The notes: generated from the sequence alone by a model not told the origin. Positions 14,500 to 28,871 are shown, numbered from the stretch's first letter. The stretch is DNA of 64,000 nt from Eledone cirrhosa (GCA_964016885.1 OZ024740.1:161448001-161512000); one strand, 5' to 3'. Program-made: numbers and translations.

Positions 14500-14507
14500 G
14501 TATATAT

Positions 14508-14610
14508 ATAACAGATTAAAGTTTAAGGAAAGAATCGGTTTTCACCCTTAACGGGATCTTCAAATTTATTATTATTACTATATATAAATATACATAAGTA
14601 TACACACACT

Positions 14611-14676
<66 letters not shown>

Positions 14677-14747
14677 GTAATAATAATAAATTTGAAGATC
14701 CCGTTAAGGGTGAAAACCGATTCTTTCCTTAAACTTTAATCTGTTAT
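14508..14747. repeat. Mini fold-back: 76-bp inverted arms derived from the Nematis-like terminus around a (CA)n-rich spacer
   Basis: 14508-14583 is the reverse complement of 14672-14747. The arm matches 35764-35819 (GAAGATCCCGTTAAGGGTGAAA...TTAAACTTTAATCTGTTAT). Confidence 0.85.
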
Positions 14748-14751
14748 TTTA

Positions 14752-14783
<32 letters not shown>

Positions 14784-15249
14784 ATATATACAGAAAGAAA
14801 GAGACAATTAGATAGATATATAATGTATGTTTGTGTATTTTTATATATATATATATATACAAACATACATTATATATTTATATACACATCCATACATTAT
14901 ATATATATCTATCTAATTCTCTTTCTTTCTGTGTGTATATATATATGTATACACACACACACGCACACACACACACCCATACACACACACACATATATAT
15001 ATACAGCTTACATTTGTGATAGCTGTGTGGAAGCGTATACATGAACATTTGTGATGGTCGCATACGTGGGAGTGCATGACAGAAAAATAAAAATGGCTGG
15101 GCTGTGAATATGCAATAGAGTACGCAAAGTATCTCATTTATCAAATTTAAATTAATATCTATACAATTAACATATTTGTGTGTACTTGTGTGCGGGTGTG
15201 TATATGGTGGCCGAAACCGGAATTAGAAGTTTTTGTGTGCGTGTGTGTG

Positions 15250-16150
<901 letters not shown>

Positions 16151-18009
16151 GAGAGAGTGATATATGTACGGGAACAGTTGTGTAAATTGAAAGGAGTCTT
16201 TGCAGTTCATATTCAATTTTGATCATAATCCTATAATTCCAAGACCAGATTACATTACGGATATTGGCTGTCACTTTACCATATTCTGAAGTTTAATTAA
16301 ACTTGGCATGAATTAAAAGTTGAGCGAATTTGTTCTCATGCACAGCGAATTGTTTTAGCTTCAAAATTTGTCATTTGCAGATTGCTTTTATAAATTGATG
16401 GCGAAAATTTACTGAGCTGGCTAGCTGGCTGGTTGGCTTGAGGGAGGTTAAGTTTCTGTAATTTTTAAATTTTCCATTTAATATTTTGTTAGTTGCATTT
16501 CTTCTCTTCTTCACTTTTTTTCAATTTGCTTTGTTCGTAGCATCAATGTAAGTGGGTAGTTGTGGTGTGGAAACTGTTTTATTATTTGAATCATCGTGTT
16601 ATTATTTTTCCTCCATTATTCTTCTACTTTTCTATCTAATCATGCAAATAGTTTTAAATGTGACATATGATGCATCAAAATAATTCTCAGAAATCAAGCT
16701 GCCAAGCTTAAAAACAACTCATAGCCCACTTCCGAACCATCCAGTTTACCTTTCAGCTTTCAGAATCACACGTTATGTTGCATTATCTGGAAGGTTATTA
16801 GATATTACATAAAGAATACTTTACTAAGTATCTAGGGACATGCACGTGTATTGGTTGGAAAGTTGACATGTCAAATTTATTTCATTTGCTTTTGGCGTGT
16901 ACATTGAGTTTACAAGAATGTACTAAATTTCCTGCTGGGCTTTGAATAATTTCCTACATTGGCACAAGGCCATTAACCTTCAGGGAACGGACATTATCAA
17001 TTGAATCGATTCCTAGAATATTAGTTCTGTTTTTGATATAGACCACTGAGGGAAGAGAGGTAACGTCTACTTTAGGGCTATATGAAATTAGAACATATAG
17101 AAGTGTAGGCAAATATCATTTTCTAATAAAAGCCTAAAGCCGAAGGAGTTAATTGTTTACATGAACCCATTATATCGACCCCAGGACTTGATTAGTATTT
17201 TATTTTATCGACCGTGAAAGGGTGACAGGCAACGTTTCTTGCGGTGGAATTTGAACTTAGGAGTCTAAAAGACGAAAAATACTATAAAGCTTTCTGTAAG
17301 ACGATCAAACGATTCTGCCTCTCAACGGTAAATCAACTGCCAGCTAGGTGTGGAGGGTAAACAGGACGTATAGGAAGAATTATTCAGATGGTGCATCAGT
17401 CCACGACCGGTAGCACCAAAGATAGAGCTATGAATATCTAATGTTCTCTCGTTAAAGAAATTCTCGTTCAGACTTACATACTTAAAAATAATGCAGTTTT
17501 ACCTGGACACACAATGCAACGGCTACACTCATGACCTGAATAAAGAGAATTAACTAAACATCACAAGGCATTTTGACCATTGTATTCTGCGAATCTACCG
17601 CCATATGAAACACGAGTACGATATTCTCCATCGCTCAACTGATTTTGCAATTTCAACTGTTCTTTCATTAATAATTGTTTGTGAAAGATTGTTATCTTGC
17701 TTTCTTTTGCTCTCTCTTGCTCTCTTTTACTTGTTCTGAATTAGTGATGCTACGATGTGATGAGGTTTTTCTGAATACACTGTATTTGCAACAGAAAAAG
17801 AAAAATTAGCGAATAGTCACAACTGAAATACATTTGAATATAGTTCTAGTCTATATGTATATATATATATATTAGAAAGTGAGGGTTTTTTTACAAATTG
17901 AAAAATAACGGAGGTGTCCTAAACGAGTGAAAGTATAAAGAAAAAGAGATGAAATCGAAAATGCAACTGGAGTCTTATTTTTTTTTTAAATATATATATT
18001 TATTTGGTT

Positions 18010-18047
18010 CCTTTACCGGTTTCGCAGTTCTTCTGCTTTTCAAAAGG
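18010..18047 (-). ncRNA. Minimal hammerhead ribozyme with U3:A8 core variant
   Basis: Minus strand CCTT-TTGAAAA-GCAG-AAGAA-CTGC-GAAA-CCGG-TA-AAGG. Stems I and II are perfect, stem III is the palindrome ACCGGT, and the triplet is GUA. Confidence 0.8.
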
Positions 18048-18259
18048 TGAGTTGAGATGGAGGGTTTGTGGTTTTTCTCACATCTGGTTGGTCTCTGAAT
18101 GTTACTTGTTTTATATGGAAAAAGTGGCTCGAAATGCCAGGTTTTTCGAGAAGTAATTTGATTGGTTTGTCAATAATTATAATAAATTTCGCGCCAGTTC
18201 GCGTTACAATAGTTCTTCAAATAAGAGGGGGTTTGTCACAGGTTGTTTTTTCATATATG

Positions 18260-19270
18260 AGTGTTTGAATTTCTTTTTACTTGAAAAAAGGGGCTCACGA
18301 AGGCTTTTTTTTGGTTGGTTATAAATGAAATTATGGCTGTCACGTGAACAAGTTTTCATTAAATTTTCGTGCCCTTATTTGGAAATTCATTCTGTAGCCT
18401 TTTTAGAGAATTTTATGATAAGTGAAAGATAATGGTCAAGAGAAAGGGATGGGAGAATTGTTCTGGTTCAGTGAATATGGTTAGTTCGCTCGGGTGTCAG
18501 AATTCAGATTTTCTATTGAATAAAGAAAGTAAAGATATGTATGTTTATTTGTGTGCTTGTGTGTGTGTGCGTGTGTGTGTGTGTTGTGTGTGTGTGTGTT
18601 TGAATTTCTTTACTTAAAAAAGGGTGGCTCACGAAGGCTTTTTTTAATAAACGTGATTTGATTGGTTATAAATGAAATTTGGCTGTCACGTGAACAAGTT
18701 TTCATTACATTTTCGCGCCCTTATTTGGAAATCTATTCTGTAGCCTTTATAGAGAATGTTATGACAATGGAGAGATAGTGGTCAAGAGAAAAGGGATTGG
18801 GAGAAATGTTCTGGTTCAGTGAATATGGCCAGCTCGCCGGGGTGTCAGAGTTCAGATTTTCTATTGAATAAAGAAAGTAAAGATATGTATGTTTATTTGT
18901 GTGCTTGTGTGTGTGTGAGTGTGTGTGTGTTGTGTGTGTGTGTGTGTGTTTGAATTTCTTTACTTAAAAAAGGGTGGCTCACGAAGGCTTTTTTTAATAA
19001 ACGTGATTTGATTGGTTATAAATGAAATTTGGCTGTCACGTGAACAAGTTTTCATTACATTTTCGCGCCCTTATTTGGAAATCTATTCTGTAGCCTTTAT
19101 AGAGAATGTTATGACAATGGAAAGATAGTGGTCAAGAGAAATGGGATTGGGAGAATTGTTCTGGTTCAGTGAATATGGTTAGTTCGCTGGGGTGTCAGAG
19201 TTCAGATTTTCTATTGAAGTAAAGATATGTATGTTTATTTGTGTGCTTGTGTGTGTGTGTGTGTGTGTGT
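18260..19270. repeat. Three tandem copies of a 335-350 bp unit in the PLE 3' UTR
   Basis: TGAATTTCTTT...GGCTCACGAAGGC recurs at 18266, 18601 and 18951; each unit ends in (TG)n. Confidence 0.9.
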
Positions 19271-19533
19271 ATTGGAAGATGATTCTATTAGTAGAAATGG
19301 GGGAGGGAGTTGTGTGTGTGTGTATATCGGTGTTATGTGTGTGTGTGCGAGTATGTTAAGATGGAGAGAATATATATTTTGTGTGTGTGTGTATATATGT
19401 GTGTAGGAAAGTGGTTCTATTAGTATAAATGGGGGAGGGAGTTGTGGTGTGGGGGTTGTTATGTGTGTGTATGGGTGTTATGTGTGTGGGAGTATAGTTA
19501 GCATGTTAAGATGAAGCGAATATATATATATAT

Positions 19534-19582
<49 letters not shown>

Positions 19583-19768
19583 GAAAATGATTCCTTTAGT
19601 AGGAATATTTTTGAATGAACATATTTTCCTTACTTATTCGTATTTGTTCTGTTGTATTGTCAGTGCAAACGTATGTTAAGGTTTATTTAGTTCGGGTTTT
19701 TATTTTCTAAAGTAGAAGGTGTTATGTGTGTGTGCGTATGTCATATTATGGTGTTGACATAATGTATA

Positions 19769-22641
19769 TTAAACCATATTTAATGCTGGTCTATATTTTT
19801 GAATAAACATATTTTTCTTATTTATTCGTATTTGTTCTGTTGTATTGTTAGCGCAAAGGTAAAATGGGAAGACTTGGAATTTGGGTGTCTTATTACTTGC
19901 GCAAATGTCTAGATGTGCACTTAGTGGTATCTGTCTCGTGGTTGGATCTCGTAATTGTTGGCGATGAACTGTCATTCTGTTTCTGAGTGTGAGTTTAGTT
20001 TGTCCTATATAATCTTCATTGCATCCTTTACATTTAATGGCATAAATTAGATTTTTTGATGAGCAAGTGAAGTGATTTTTTACAGTAAAATTGTGTCCTG
20101 ATTTAAATGTATACGTGTTGCCTTCAATGAGGTGAGTGCAGGTTCCACAATTAGAGCGACCACATTTTTTGATACTTGGTTGTGGGTTTGTGGTTGGTAA
20201 TTTGGCATTGGTGAGTAATGTTTTCAGTGATTTTGGTTGTCTTTTGTTTTTGATTATTTTGTCTGTTTCAAGGGCTTTTTTCATTCTTGGGTTTTGTTTT
20301 AGTAGTGGGATGTTCTTGTGAATAGTGTTGTAAGCTTCCTCATTTCTTGGGTTGTGTGTTGAGATATATGATAGAATATTGGACGTACCTTGAATTTGTT
20401 TCTGTTTCCGTAATTCATCAATGCCTATTGCTTTAGCCCTTTCTATTCCATTATTTATTAGTAATAGTGGGTACTCTCTCTCGAGTAGAATTTCCTTTAA
20501 TTCTTGAAGTCTTTTATTTCGCGTTTCATAATTGGAGACAATTGTGCAAATTCTTCTTGCTAGGTTAAAAGGAATGTTCGTCTTCGTGTGCTTTGGATGG
20601 TTGGAGGTGAATAGCAGATATTGTTTGGAATCTGTTGGTTTGTAGTGTATGTCAGTTTCGATATTTATGTCTTTTTTTAAGATTAAGATGTCCAGAAATG
20701 GGAGTTGATATTGGCTGTATTCCATTGTGAATTGGATGTGGTTATTGATGCCGTTTATTAAGTTTTTGAAATCCTTCAGTTGGTCGAGTGTGTGGGACCA
20801 AAAAATGAGGCAATCATCCAAGTAGCGTTTCCAATTCTCTGATAAATATTTGTGGAAGTTCAATCCGTATTTTGATTTGGACTGTTCATATATCTGGACT
20901 TCTAAGTATGCCATGACTAAGTTGGCGTAAGTTGGAGCGGCTTTTGTACCCATCGCAGTCCCCGATATTTGCTTGTAAGTATTGCCATCGAAATCAAAAA
21001 AGTTGTTCTGTAAGATGAATTTTAATCCCTCGGTGATGAAGCTTTTTTCTATTCTGTCAGGTATCTCATTGGGATATTTCTCTAGCCAGAATCCTATTGC
21101 TTCTAGTCCGTATTGGTGTGGGATCGTTGTGTAGAGATTCACTACATCGAAAGACACAATAATAGTGTCGTTGTTGACATGTTTGGGGAGGTGGTTTAGG
21201 AGGTCCAGATCGTCTCTTACAAGGCTTGGTATGTGTTTCAGAATTGGTTTCAGTAGTATGTCTATAAAGTTGCTCAGTCTGTGTTTCACATTGTGGGCCC
21301 GCTACAATTGGTCTTAATTTAAGGTCTGTGGAGGTATTGTGTGTTCACGCAGGCTGAGGTGGATTGTTTACAGGCATGGTTGATTATTTTACACTTGTGG
21401 ATCTTCGGAAGTCCGTAAAGGTTGCTGGTTTTGTATTCAAAATTTGTTAAATAATCGCGTTCCTTTTTAGTTAGGTCTTCCTGGTATCGATAAATCAGTG
21501 TGTTTAATCTGGTCATTATTTTTGATTGCTGGTAGTTTTTTAATCTTTCATAGGAATTAGTATTTTGTAAGGGAGAGAACATAGAATTTTTATATTTTTC
21601 AGCCTCCATAATGACAACAGTACTTCCCTTGTCCGCTTCCTTAATTATAATGTCCGTATTGCTTTTTAGTTCATGGATAATGTCCCATTCCCTTCGACTC
21701 GTGTTGGGTTTGGGTTTAGGTTGCGGTAGTTCATGGTATGGGAAGGTAGCTATGTGGTCACAAAATTTGTCCAGAACTCTGTTTCTACCTTTTGTTGGGT
21801 TGTAGCTGCTTTTATTCCGTACAATTGATTCGTCGTTATTCTCCTTGTCAAAGAATTCCTCTGTGAGACGTAATTTTCTACAGAAGTGTGAGATATCGTC
21901 ATTTATCTCATTGAGGTTAGAGTATTGTAGTGTTGGTGTGAATTTCAGTCCTTTGGAGAGAATTTTTACTTGTTGGGCTGAGAGGTTTATATTTGAAAGG
22001 TTAATTATTTTCGGTTTTTCAAAATCGGTTTGTGCCACCGGGTGTCGTGAGTCCTGTAGCCTTGGTCTAAAAAATGAATTTTCTGGAATGTTTTTTCAAT
22101 GGTATTATTATATCTAATGGTATTTCCCCTGTTGTTGTGTGGTCTTGTATAGAAGTTTCGGACGTATTGAGGTTCGGTTTGTTGATAGTCCGGGTTGTAG
22201 AATTTGTTCCTTTATGTGGGTTGGGATCTACGGTTTTGGAACAGGCTCTGTGTGGGCAGGGGTCTACGGTTTTGGAATAGGTTTTGTGTGGGTTGTGATC
22301 TGCGGATCAGGTCCTGCCTTGTGTTCGGGGATCTATAGTTTCTGGGATTATCGTTATAGTTTTGCTGGGGGTATGTTGGACGTTTTGTTACTTTTTTTGT
22401 TATTTGTTGTGCATGTGGTGTGTGAGTTTTAGTTTGTTTTAAAAATGGGTTACCTGTATGTTGTTCATTTTTGAAGTCCATTTTGTAGTTGTTGAACCAG
22501 GTGGCGTTTTTTTCCCATCGCTGGAGGGATGTTAGTTCTTCATCCTCACAGTTTTCTTTCCAAAGTTTTAGGGGTTTTTTGTAGAGTAGGCCTTCAGAGT
22601 GCTTTGAGATTTCTGTGTCCATCTGTTGGTCGAGTGACTTG
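19769..22641 (-). pseudogene. Frameshifted PLE polyprotein: RT, Cys-rich linker, GIY-YIG endonuclease
   Basis: ORFs 21319-22038 (KEADKG, LYGLPKIHK) and 19769-21289 (FDVVNLYT, GTAMGT, RYLDD, HPKHT, CGRSNCGTC, NLIYAIKC..C..DYIGQT, RMTVH). The upstream fragment 22212-22641 is probably N-terminal. Confidence 0.9.
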
Positions 22642-22758
<117 letters not shown>

Positions 22759-23251
22759 GAAACACACAGATACATGCGGACACACACATATATACATGAA
22801 TGCATCCGCACCCAACTGTGAGTTAAGGGTGCCAACTTCACCGATGTTGCTCAATGAATGACTGGGACAGACCAGTTCAGTTTGAACCAGACTGAACCAG
22901 TATCAGAGTTAAAAATACACAGTTGGGTGCGGATGCATTCATGTATATATGTGTGTGTCCGCATGTATCTGTGTGTTTCTAAATATATTAATAACTCCCT
23001 CTGGTCGAGCAATCTTTGAAGTGTGGGGACAACTGGAAAGCTTCCATTACTCATACTTCTCGCCTTCTTCACTACCTCTTCTGCGGCCTCGATATGAATA
23101 CCCCCTCCGCCTCCGTGGTATTTTCTTCGTGGTTATAAGAGGCTTAGCTCTGTTTCTCGACCGTTATATCGCGTGACTGTCTCCCCCTCCGCCTTTTGGG
23201 ATTCTTTCTCACGTCGTGTAGACGCGTTCTTGAGACTAGTAAAATGAGGTA

Positions 23252-23339
23252 TCCTCTTGATAAGTCGGCAGACCTCGCAAGGACTCTATATCTTTGATAT
23301 ATTGTTTTTGTTTATGCCACGAAACTACGTAGTCGAGGA
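23252..23339 (+). ncRNA. Type I hammerhead motif, U3:A8 core, extended stem II (copy 1)
   Basis: TCCTC-TTGATAA-GT(C)GGCA...TGCCAC-GAA-ACTACGTAGT-C-GAGGA; predicted cleavage after GUC at 23334. Confidence 0.7.
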
Positions 23340-23842
23340 ATTTAGGAACAGTTTAGGTATGATACATTTTATTACTAATTATATCTAAATGTTTCTTCTC
23401 TCTTCATAATGTATTTTTAACTCTGATACTGGTTCAGTCTGGTTCAAACTGAATTGGTCTGTCCCAGTCATTCATTGAGCAACATCGGTGAAGTTGGCAC
23501 CCTTAACTCACAGTTGGGTGCGGATGCATTCATGTATATATGTGTGTGTCCGCATGTATCTGTGTGTTTCTAAATATATTAATAACTCCCTCTGGTCGAG
23601 CAATCTTTGAAGTGTGGGGACAACTGGAAAGCTTCCATTACTCATACTTCTCGCCTTCTTCACTACCTCTTCTGCGGCCTCGATATGAATACCCCCTCCG
23701 CCTCCGTGGTATTTTCTTCATGGTTATAAGAGGCTTAGCTCTGTTTCTCGACCGTTATATCGCGTGACTGTCTCCCCCTCCGCCTTTTGGGATTCTTTCT
23801 CACGTCGTGTAGACGCGTTCTTGAGACTAGTAAAATGAGGTA

Positions 23843-23930
23843 TCCTCTTGATAAGTCGGCAGACCTCGCAAGGACTCTATATCTTTGATATATTGTTTTT
23901 GTTTATGCCACGAAACTACGTAGTCGAGGA
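23843..23930 (+). ncRNA. Type I hammerhead motif (copy 2)
   Basis: Identical by eye to 23252-23339; predicted cleavage after 23925. Confidence 0.7.
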
Positions 23931-23999
23931 ATTTAGGAACAGTTTAGGTATGATACATTTTATTACTAATTATATCTAAATGTTTCTTCTCTCTTCATA

Positions 24000-24054
<55 letters not shown>

Positions 24055-24387
24055 TATATATATATATGAGAGCTGATTCGAAAGTAAACTGTAACATCGA
24101 ATAAAAGTATATTAGGTCTACTGTTTTGTACATTAAGTTAGGTAGGAGTTTTCAGGTGTTTTCTTTGTTAAACGAAAATAAATATTACATTCAAAGAATT
24201 GAAGAGGAATCGAGAAAATTTGATAAAGAGTGAGCCTGACAGAACCCTGGAACACATACTGTGACGTTGCAATTCATATCTACTGTTGAGTAATATGTTG
24301 CAACGTAAAGTTAATTGCTTTCAGGCATGATTGTAAGCCCGACGCTCTAACTACTGAGCCATGCGCCATCACACACACATATATATA

Positions 24388-24870
24388 TCTGTATTTTATT
24401 TACTTTATTCTTAACTCTGAAGTGGAGAATCATTCGGTCTCCTAGTTAGAATTTTAGTCTACGACTTCAGCTATATCATTTACGTGGTTTTGTCTTTGTG
24501 TGCAATTGTTCTCTATGCTCCACATATGACGTATTATCTTCGTTTTTTCCGTTCATTGCCAGAGAACGTCTCTATGAACCACCTAAGAGAACATTAGTCT
24601 ACGACTTCTTTTATACTATAAACGTGGTTCTGTCTTTGCGTATAATTGTTTTTCACTGCTCCAATTAATGACGTGTTATGTTCGTTTTTTCCCGTTCTTT
24701 GCCAGGGAACGTGTCCACGAACCAAAGTATCGTCTTCCTGTCTTCTTCCGGTTGCAACGTTTTTTGAAATATCCACTTCTGCGTTTACAGATTGACTTTG
24801 TTAGTTTCAGAAGATCCCGTTAAGGGTGAAAGCAGCGATTAAACTTTAATCTGTTATTTTAATAAATATA
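24388..24870 (+). mobile_element. Solo diverged 3' terminal segment (pLTR) of the Nematis-like PLE
   Basis: Aligns with about 35342-35830 and ends TTAATAAATA-(TA)n. Has a short deletion in the stem III region of the HHR-like motif. Confidence 0.85.
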
Positions 24871-24888
24871 TATATATATATATATATA

Positions 24889-25949
24889 CACCAGATAGAA
24901 AAATGCGTACAGCAAAAAAAAAATAATATTGTTGGAATATAAACCTTTAAAAATACAGGACAAGTAACTAAGATAAAACTTTAAAAGAATAGGACAAGAA
25001 ACTAAGATAAAACTTTAAAGAATTGGACAAGAAATGAAAAATTTTACAATAATATTAGTGGCAAAATTTTTATTGGTAAAAAATCGAGTTCCACATCATA
25101 GGCTCTGGGTTCCACATTCAGATGTCGTCGTCAGACCGGGGGGATCATTTGATCCTGGTTTGAAAACCAATTGGGCCATAACCATACCCCTATTTCATCA
25201 TTCGACGACACGCCTCATGTGTCATGCATAATGTGAATGGACCCATGGGCCCATGAGCACAGATCTTGAGCAGCAGCGGACGGTCTTGTCGTCTCACTCA
25301 TCCTTGATCTTGACCAACCCGTCCATCTTCTCCTTGCATCTTGTCCTTGAGTTCAAGTCCGGCAGTCCAGATGAATGCGTGCCACAGCTTTCTGGTACAG
25401 GAAGGGGAGCAGGAGGACTGGAGGGATGACGGGACAGAGGGAGGGAGGACCGGTGGTTGAGGGAGGTGCTGTATCGGTGGTCAGAGTCGACATCTTGTCC
25501 CGGTCGTCTTCTCCATCTTCGTCTGGTGTTGCGGGACCAGAAGTGCATTCTTGGGGGAGACCTGCAGCTGCATCGGCCAATTCTTCTTGCAATGGTCATT
25601 CTGACGGAGCAGAACTGCTCAGCCAACCAACCCCAACCAGAACCAACCGCTCAGGGGCAACGCACAATGAGAGCATGACAATTATTATGCACTAATCAAG
25701 AAGATACTGGGGCATAGCACAGAAAACGAATAAAAAAATTTTGCCACTAATATTATTGTAAATTTTTTTATTTCTTGTCCAATTCTTTAAAGTTTTATCT
25801 TAGTTTCTTGTCCTATTCTTTTAAAGTTTTATCTTAGTTTCTTGTCCTATTCTTTTAAAGTTTTATTTTAGTTTCTTGTCCTGTATTTTTAAAGGTTTTT
25901 ATTCCAACGATATTACTTTTTTTTGCTGTACGCATTTTTCTATCTGGTC
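24889..25949. mobile_element. Non-autonomous DNA transposon with about 185-220 bp TIRs
   Basis: Left arm CACCAGATAGAAAAATGCG... (24889-25073) and right arm (25729-25949) ending ...CTATCTGGTC. TA on both flanks. 33-34 bp subrepeats within the arms, with one extra on the right. Confidence 0.8.
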
Positions 25950-26390
25950 TACTATTTTTTAAGGCAATGCAAGCAACAACTATCTAATAATTAAATGATC
26001 ATAGTGAATTACTGACAAGTGATTGACATTTTAAAGTTCTTTTGAGTATAATTGCAATCTAGTTGAGGTAACTGGCTTAATGACAAAGCTACGTCATTTC
26101 TGGATTACCTCCCCTAGCATCACGCTTACTACTCACTCACTTGAACACAAGATTTATCAGCAAACTTTGATTATAAAGTTTTTCCCGCTGGACCAAATTT
26201 CTAGATTTTTAAGCCAAAAGATGCGTAATGATCTATTGTTCATACTCATATAAGTTTTATCTCAGTTAAATAAAGTAGAGCCGCGCTGTACTGTCGTAAA
26301 CAGACGATTGCCAACGAAAACACGTCCACAACCATATTACTAAACGGACTGACGTCCGTTTAGGATATATATATATATATATATATAACT

Positions 26391-26803
26391 GTTTCTGCTT
26401 TTGGCACAAGGCCAGCAATTATCCCAGTGTATTACTGGTACTTTATTTTATCGACCCTGTAAGGATGAAGAGGCAAAGTTAACCTCGGCGGGATTTGAAC
26501 TCAGATCATAAAGGGAAGTAACTCTATGCTTCAGAGCATGGTGTCTGACCCTCTACCGATACTGCCAATCCACCGCCCTATATATATATATAACGGTTTC
26601 TTATGTAGCCACAAGGCCAGAAATTTTGGGGGGAGGGAAAAGTCGATGAAACCGACCCCAGTGCGTGACTGGTACTTTATTTTATCGACCCCGTAAGGAT
26701 GAAAGGCAAAGTTAACCTCGGCGGGATTTGAACTCAGATCATAAAGGGCCGTAACTCTATGCAACAAAGCATGGCGTCCGACCCTCTACCGATACTGCCA
26801 ATC
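26391..26803 (-). mobile_element. Two tandem tRNA-derived SINE copies (26391-26578 and 26596-26803)
   Basis: Both contain GGCAAAGTTAACCTCGGCGGGATTTGAACTCAGATC and CTCTACCGATACTGCCAATCCA (B- and A-box-like on the minus strand). Confidence 0.85.
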
Positions 26804-26919
26804 CATATAACGTGAAATAAAGTGACTGGCTCACAACCTCAAGATTGTAAGCAACGACACTCGAACCACTAAGCTATGCGTCTTCACACACACGCACAAT
26901 ACACATATGAATCTTTTCA

Positions 26920-26993
26920 TATAACTCACTCTACTACCCCAAGTATTGAGTACTCCTGTGGGTTATGGGCTAGCTGGTTTTTACCACACCCTA

Positions 26994-27024
<31 letters not shown>

Positions 27025-27231
27025 ACGAAGGAAATGTGGTAAGGAACCAGGTGGACCATAACGCACCAAAGTACTCAATACTTGGGGTAGTAGAGTGGGT
27101 AATAGGAACGAGTAGGACCCCGACGGCTGAGCTCAAGCCGTTTCGACGGCTAATTCTGGACTAAAATTTTAGTCCAGAATTAGCCGTCGAAACGGCTTGA
27201 GCTCAGTCGTCGGGGTCCTACTCGTTCCTAT
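26920..27231. mobile_element. Family C copies, tail-to-tail across (TA)n, with a 130-bp palindrome
   Basis: 26920-26995 is a + strand 3' end and 27024-27166 is a minus-strand copy. 27102-27231 is a palindrome centred at AAAA|TTTT (27166/27167) with one mismatch. Confidence 0.85.
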
Positions 27232-27252
27232 ATATATATATATATATATATA

Positions 27253-27465
27253 AAGTAACGTAGTCAGAAACTCGCGTTAGTCCCTGTAATTCATTAGCTC
27301 AAAGAAAAAAAGAATCCTGGCGAGAAGAAAACACACGAGCGAGAGAGTGTGTGTGAGTTTATCAGGTTACAGGGGGTACTACTAGCGTACCATTATAAGT
27401 TCCATACGCTAGCGGTACCCCCTGTAACGTGATAAACACACACTCTCTCGCTCGTGTGTTTCGTC
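27253..27465. repeat. Unclassified short fold-back element between (TA)n tracts
   Basis: Arms about 27328-27389 and 27405-27462 are imperfect reverse complements with a 15-nt spacer. Confidence 0.75.
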
Positions 27466-27491
27466 TCTCTCTCTCTATATATATATATATA

Positions 27492-27535
<44 letters not shown>

Positions 27536-27657
27536 TTTATATATAGTTAAGAGCTCTACCCTAGTGCTGTTAAATCGACTCTCCATGCTTCTTTTCAGTA
27601 GCTGATAATACCTTACCGGCGCCACTCGAATATATGTATATATATATATATATATGA

Positions 27658-27915
<258 letters not shown>

Positions 27916-28514
27916 ATTACGGCTTAGACAGAGGATGAATGACAACGCTCATTGCATTTTACATATACTTTACAACTGTTTGGAAAAAAAAAAAAGTTAT
28001 GTTCACGTTTCGAAAACATAACCGGAATGCTTGAAACAGTGAGATATGCTAATGACACCCAAGCATCAACTGAGAGTGTTAATTCAATAGAAATACGTAT
28101 TTAGCCTACCAGACAAGAAGAGGAGCGTTGGCTCTGGTGGTCCACCACACAACTCTTTCAAACTACAGTTCACCATTAAGGCATTTACCAATCCGAAGCA
28201 ATTGTAGAGGACATTTTCCTATGGTGTCACACAGAAGCCCCCAATCCGAAACCACATAATTGCAAAGATATCTTCTTTACTCCTCAGCCATGTCTGTGCC
28301 CATACTCCTCGGTCATATACAATTCAATAGTCCGAATCCGTTCACACGCTAAAGTATTATAAAATGGTGTTCAGTGAAAGATCTTCATTGATTTTTTTTA
28401 ATGTCATTAACTACAATTTATTGCTGTTGACCGATAAGGTCAAATCAGACTATGAACTGAGGTTCTGTCATTAAGCTTGCTACATCATTTAGTTATCACA
28501 GCTTATCCTACTTC

Positions 28515-28563
28515 ATATATATATATGTGTGTGTGTGTACATATATACAGTCATATGCATAGA

Positions 28564-28622
<59 letters not shown>

Positions 28623-28871
28623 ATATACATATATATGTACATATATATATGTGTATGTATATATATATATATGTATGTATATATACATATATATGTACAT
28701 ATATATATATGTGTATGTATATATGTATATATATATATATATGTATGTATATATACATATATATGTACATATATATATATGTGTATGTATATATATACAG
28801 TCTATATAATGTTTAGATACATATATATATATATATACTCACAGAAAGATATGTTGAGTGTGATTAATGAT

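Larger units (their letters stand above)
17990..22641 (-). mobile_element. Penelope-like retroelement, Neptune-like, 5'-truncated
   Basis: RT and GIY-YIG ORF fragments, about 1.8 kb of 3' UTR ending near an HHR, and a 5' end abutting (TA)n at 22642. The left boundary is approximate. Confidence 0.85.

Noticed and set aside
22949-23767. Duplicated 75-aa ORF
   Set aside because: It is a by-product of the 591-bp repeat, starts in a TG-rich patch and has no motif.
24958-25035. 33-34 bp repeats that superficially resemble CRISPR repeats
   Set aside because: They are directly tandem with no unique spacers, lie within TIR arms, are in a eukaryotic context and have no cas genes nearby.
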